A stretch of 64,000 nt of DNA from a bacterium (lineage in GTDB: Bacteria > Patescibacteriota > JABMPQ01 > JBDRIV01): NCBI GenBank assembly GCA_043815505.1, contig JBDRIV010000002.1:182943-246942 (forward strand), read 5' to 3'. This document shows positions 60,461 through 64,000 of the stretch, piece after piece. A model generated the notes under the pieces. The model ran no database searches, was not told the DNA's origin, and was given only the letters and a program-made list of their open reading frames with translations. The position numbers were made by a program, and so were the translations under genes. Position 1 is the stretch's first letter, and each line of letters starts with the position of its first letter.

Positions 60461-62143
60461 TTACCAGCTACCGCCACCACCACCACCAAAACCACCACCA
60501 GAAAATCCACCACCGCCTACACCACTACCACCACTGGAAGCGGTGGTACCTAAATTGCTTTGTGAAGCAGCAGCAAAATTGGAAATTGATGATGCAAAGA
60601 GAACAGAATTAAATGTTCCGTAGTTGCCATGGTACCAATCTGGTTCTGACATTTGTAAATCCTTAAAAGCTTCAGCCCATTTTTCTTCAACTCCAAGAGC
60701 AATAGCATAGGGAAGTAATCTTTCAAATTCTTTGGGCGATTTCTCGGGAGCATTATGAAATTCTAAACGATCTTTTTCGGCTACTGTTAAATACAATTCC
60801 AAACCTTTAATATGTTCTTTCGCCAACACTCCTTTTTTTGTACGCTTGCCCATAAAGAAACTAAAAACAGTAATAATAGCACCACAAGTTACAACACTAA
60901 AAACAGTTACACCTTGATTAAGAAAACCACCCAACATCGGAGCAACGAAAGAAGCTACAATTATTCCTACAACCAAATACAATATTTTACTGGTGCTAGG
61001 ATTTTTTATAAAGTAACCCTTGGTGATTACTGTTTTGTAAACTTCTTTTAGAAAGTTTTGGACATGAGTGGCAAATTTTTGTTTATGATCTGAAAGATCT
61101 TTGGTTCCACCAGGAGTAGGAACTAAATTATTTAACAAATCAGTTTCATATTGAGAAAGTCCCGCCACTTCTTTTTTGGTTCTCGTGAAAGAGAAATCTT
61201 TTTTACCTTTTTGTGCAATTGTTAAATATCCTTTGACAGCCAAATTAATTATGGTGGAAGTTAATTCTCGGTAGCTAGCTTTTTCATCTACTATTGTTCC
61301 CACTTCTTCTGGATTTAAATTATCTGGGGGATCAAACTGCGCAATTATTGTACCTCGGCCTTTGGGGTCGCGACCTTTTTTCATATACAGCCAAATCATT
61401 AAAAACAAAGTGAAGGGAATAAGAATAATAGACCAGTTATCTTGAACAAAAAATATCCAAACGCTGGGATGTTCAACAATTCCTTTAGGCCAAGCTGCCG
61501 AAATTGTTAAACCTTCATAATGAGAAAGAGGGGAAGTAATAGCAAAAGCATATGTGTCTTCAGCAAAAACACCCTGACAAAGACCAGTATTTTCACCATA
61601 AGCACCAGTGTAACAAGAAACTTGCGCTTCTTCATTATTAATTGTCTGAGGCAAAACCACGCGAGCGCTGACTTGATTTATGGGCACTTCCCACATATCG
61701 CCAGTTACGTTCCAATAAAGTTCATCATAAGTTTCAGCTGATCCAATAGCACGCAAAACATTATATTTTATAATATAAGTTTGTTCGCCGGTTACCAACG
61801 TATTAGCATCACCAATCTTTATATATTGATAGCCGTTATTTTTGTAAGTTTCATAATTCCAAGGAATATCGTTTTCATCTTTTACAGATTGAACTTTCAA
61901 TCGTAACTTAAAATCTCCTTTGGCATCCTGATATTTATAGGGAATTGATCTATAAATGCCGTGACTTTCCTGATCGCCGAAATTGTAGACTATGGTTTCC
62001 GTAACATCAAAAGAAGCGTCCTCGTTTATTTCAATTAACACATCAAAACCATCAATTTGCTCTTTATAACTTTGAGCTCTTGATGATAGGGGCAAGAAAA
62101 ATAACAATAACACCAGAAAGTAAACTATCTTTTTTATATTCAT
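60461..62143 (-). CDS. DUF2207-like membrane protein with a C-terminal Gly-rich tail
   Basis: Signal peptide, an extracellular N-domain, TM helices in the middle, and a GGSGVGGGGFSGGGFGGGGGGSW tail. This is the layout typical of DUF2207-family proteins. Confidence 0.6.
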   Translation of the reverse strand: MNIKKIVYFLVLLLFFLPLSSRAQSYKEQIDGFDVLIEINEDASFDVTETIVYNFGDQESHGIYRSIPYKYQDAKGDFKLRLKVQSVKDENDIPWNYETYKNNGYQYIKIGDANTLVTGEQTYIIKYNVLRAIGSAETYDELYWNVTGDMWEVPINQVSARVVLPQTINNEEAQVSCYTGAYGENTGLCQGVFAEDTYAFAITSPLSHYEGLTISAAWPKGIVEHPSVWIFFVQDNWSIILIPFTLFLMIWLYMKKGRDPKGRGTIIAQFDPPDNLNPEEVGTIVDEKASYRELTSTIINLAVKGYLTIAQKGKKDFSFTRTKKEVAGLSQYETDLLNNLVPTPGGTKDLSDHKQKFATHVQNFLKEVYKTVITKGYFIKNPSTSKILYLVVGIIVASFVAPMLGGFLNQGVTVFSVVTCGAIITVFSFFMGKRTKKGVLAKEHIKGLELYLTVAEKDRLEFHNAPEKSPKEFERLLPYAIALGVEEKWAEAFKDLQMSEPDWYHGNYGTFNSVLFASSISNFAAASQSNLGTTASSGGSGVGGGGFSGGGFGGGGGGSW

Positions 62144-62152
62144 TGATTTGAG

Positions 62153-62950
62153 TTACTTTTTAGAAAAGAAAAGGGAAATTAAATAAATTCCTGTACCGAC
62201 TAAAATAATGGCTGGACCAGAAGGAATGTCAAAATAGAAGGAAAAAACAATTCCGGTGATGGTTGAAATTAAGCTTATGAGAATTGCTAATCCAACCATT
62301 TGTCTGAAACTGGAAGCAATATTTTTTGCAGCAGCAGCTGGAATTATTAAAAATCCTGTGATTAAAACTATGCCGATAATTTTAAAACTAAGAGCAATGG
62401 TTAAGGCGGTAATTAAGAAAAACCAGTATTCTAATCTTTTAGTTTTAACTTGAGCCACCTCAGCAAATTCTTGAGAAAAAGTTGAGAGCAGAAGTTCGCG
62501 TGTAAATCTAAATAAGAAAATTAAAATTATAGCAGCAATGGCTAGTGATAAATAAATATCATTTACTGTAACGGCTAGAATGTCACCAAACAGCAGGGTA
62601 AACAAGTCGGTTCTGTAGCCTGATAAAAAGCTAATAATAACCACACCCAGAGCAACACTGCCAGCAAAAATAACACCAATAACAGTATCAATTGAAGCTA
62701 AGGACTTATTTTTCAGAGCCACAATTCCTAAAGCTAATAAACAACAAAAAACAATAGCAGAAATAAAGGGAGAAATATTTAGCAATAAGCCAATGGCAAC
62801 ACCAGCTAGAGCGGCATGAGCGATAGCGTCGGAAAAGAAAGACATGCCGCGCAAAATCACAAATGTTCCTAAGAAAGCTGTAGTGGTTCCAATCAGCAGA
62901 CCGGATACTAAAGCTCTTTGTATAAAGGGAAAATCAAGAAACTCAATCAT
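62153..62950 (-). CDS. Metal (Zn/Mn) ABC transporter permease, ABC-3 family
   Basis: Polytopic membrane protein. The pattern FSDAIAHAALAGVAIGLLL is typical of ZnuB/TroC-type permeases. Confidence 0.75.
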   Translation of the reverse strand: MIEFLDFPFIQRALVSGLLIGTTTAFLGTFVILRGMSFFSDAIAHAALAGVAIGLLLNISPFISAIVFCCLLALGIVALKNKSLASIDTVIGVIFAGSVALGVVIISFLSGYRTDLFTLLFGDILAVTVNDIYLSLAIAAIILIFLFRFTRELLLSTFSQEFAEVAQVKTKRLEYWFFLITALTIALSFKIIGIVLITGFLIIPAAAAKNIASSFRQMVGLAILISLISTITGIVFSFYFDIPSGPAIILVGTGIYLISLFFSKK

Positions 62951-63665
62951 GGGCGTGGTCTTTATGTCTTTCTAGTTTGGTTAGAGGCATGCCATACATT
63001 TCTTCTAAAACTTTAGCATTTAAAACATCGCGTGGTTTACCTACACAAACCATTTTTTTGTTTAAACACAAAACTTGGGTGGCGTAGGTGTAGGCGACAT
63101 CCAAATCATGGGAAATCATTATAATGGTGGTTTTTTCGTCGCGATTCACTTCGGCTAAATAATCAAACATGTTTTTTTGTCCACCCACATCAACTCCAGC
63201 AGCAAACTCATCTAAGAAAAGCACTTTTGGTTTTTTAGTTAAAACTGCAGCCAGAAGAATTCTTTGAAACTCTCCACCAGATAACTGGCCGAGTCTTTTG
63301 TTAAATAGTTTTTCTACACCAAAAATTTCTCTAAATTTGATTAATTCTTTTGGCAACCAAAAACCGCAGTCCTTCAAATAACTGCGGAAGAATTCTTTAA
63401 CAGTAATTGGAATGGTGGGATCTACCGCCAAACGCTGGGGGACATAGCCAACTTCATCCAATGTAAAATTTGTTTCTAAACCTCCACTATTGGGACTTTG
63501 TAATCCCAGCATTACTCGCATTAATTGTGTTTTGCCGGCACCATTAGGACCAATAATTATGGAAAAACTTTCCTCAGGAACAGAAAAGCTAATATTGGAA
63601 AATATTTCTACCTCCCCATATTTAAGGGAAAGACCCTTGAGATTAATCAGATTATTTGTATTCAT
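62943..63665 (-). CDS. Metal ABC transporter ATP-binding protein (ZnuC-like)
   Basis: Walker A GPNGAGKT, signature LSGGEFQR and Walker B LFLDE. Confidence 0.85.
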   Translation of the reverse strand: MNTNNLINLKGLSLKYGEVEIFSNISFSVPEESFSIIIGPNGAGKTQLMRVMLGLQSPNSGGLETNFTLDEVGYVPQRLAVDPTIPITVKEFFRSYLKDCGFWLPKELIKFREIFGVEKLFNKRLGQLSGGEFQRILLAAVLTKKPKVLFLDEFAAGVDVGGQKNMFDYLAEVNRDEKTTIIMISHDLDVAYTYATQVLCLNKKMVCVGKPRDVLNAKVLEEMYGMPLTKLERHKDHAHD

Positions 63666-63745
63666 ACTTTATATTATAGTAGGCAAAAAGCTTTTTGTAT
63701 AGCAACTTTACAAATTACCAATTTAAACTTAAACTGAAAAAAGTA

Positions 63746-64000
63746 TGAGGAAAACTATTCAAAATCTACCAGCCTTAATTATGCTTTCAATATTTGTGGG
63801 TGTTTTTTTGTTTATGTCTTTGGGATCAATCTTTGCTTCCGAGTTTTGGTATGATGAAGCCTTCACCGGCATTGTCATAAGACAAGATTGGGGAGAAATG
63901 TTTAAGCTTTTACAAGGTGATGTTCATCCGCCACTTTATTATACTGGTTTAAAACTTTATAGTATGTCTGGTGCCGGCGGCGACGGACTTTTACGCAGCT
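63746..64000 (+). CDS. PMT_2 / ArnT-like glycosyltransferase. Only the N-terminus lies in the window.
   Basis: TM helix, then FWYDEAFTGIVIRQDW...DVHPPLYY, which is characteristic of the GT39/GT83 family. It is truncated at the window end. Confidence 0.55.

Overview
This window is AT-rich (roughly mid-30s % GC by eye) and gene-dense, consistent with a small-genome bacterium. I infer a monoderm-type organism, possibly Patescibacteria/CPR-like, because there is a complete type IV pilus locus with no secretin and many large repeat-rich surface proteins. That lineage call is inference only.

Main contents, in order:
- a partial Clp/Hsp100 ATPase and RecX;
- three secreted or membrane repeat proteins;
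- a contiguous type IV pilus locus: pilM, pilN/O-like, pilB, a CheY-like response regulator, pilT, pilC, two tandem pilins, pilD and four minor pilins/PilX;
- ligA, gatC-gatA and a cyclophilin;
- an accessory stretch (about 27-36 kb) of hypothetical secreted/membrane proteins, a LysM-CHAP hydrolase, an asparaginase-like gene and an M23 peptidase;
- a signalling island: a multi-TM GAF histidine kinase plus two truncated sensor-domain paralogs, a GNAT acyl-synthase-like gene and a methyltransferase;
- a compact candidate RiPP cassette: a 46-aa precursor with a C-terminal Cys/Asp run (CCDCDCDCDC), a 13-bp GC-rich hairpin, a radical-SAM/SPASM enzyme and a transglutaminase-like cysteine peptidase, all bracketed by a 40-bp direct repeat;
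- two very large NHL / FG-GAP / carboxypeptidase-regulatory-like surface proteins, and an envelope-biogenesis block (yqeY, capA-like, lgt, two dsbA-like, yhhQ-like, membrane spermidine-synthase-like);
- a DUF2207-like protein, znuBC-like ABC genes and a partial PMT/GT-family glycosyltransferase.

I found no tRNA, rRNA or CRISPR array. Most short ORFs in the track are antisense to the real genes and were rejected.
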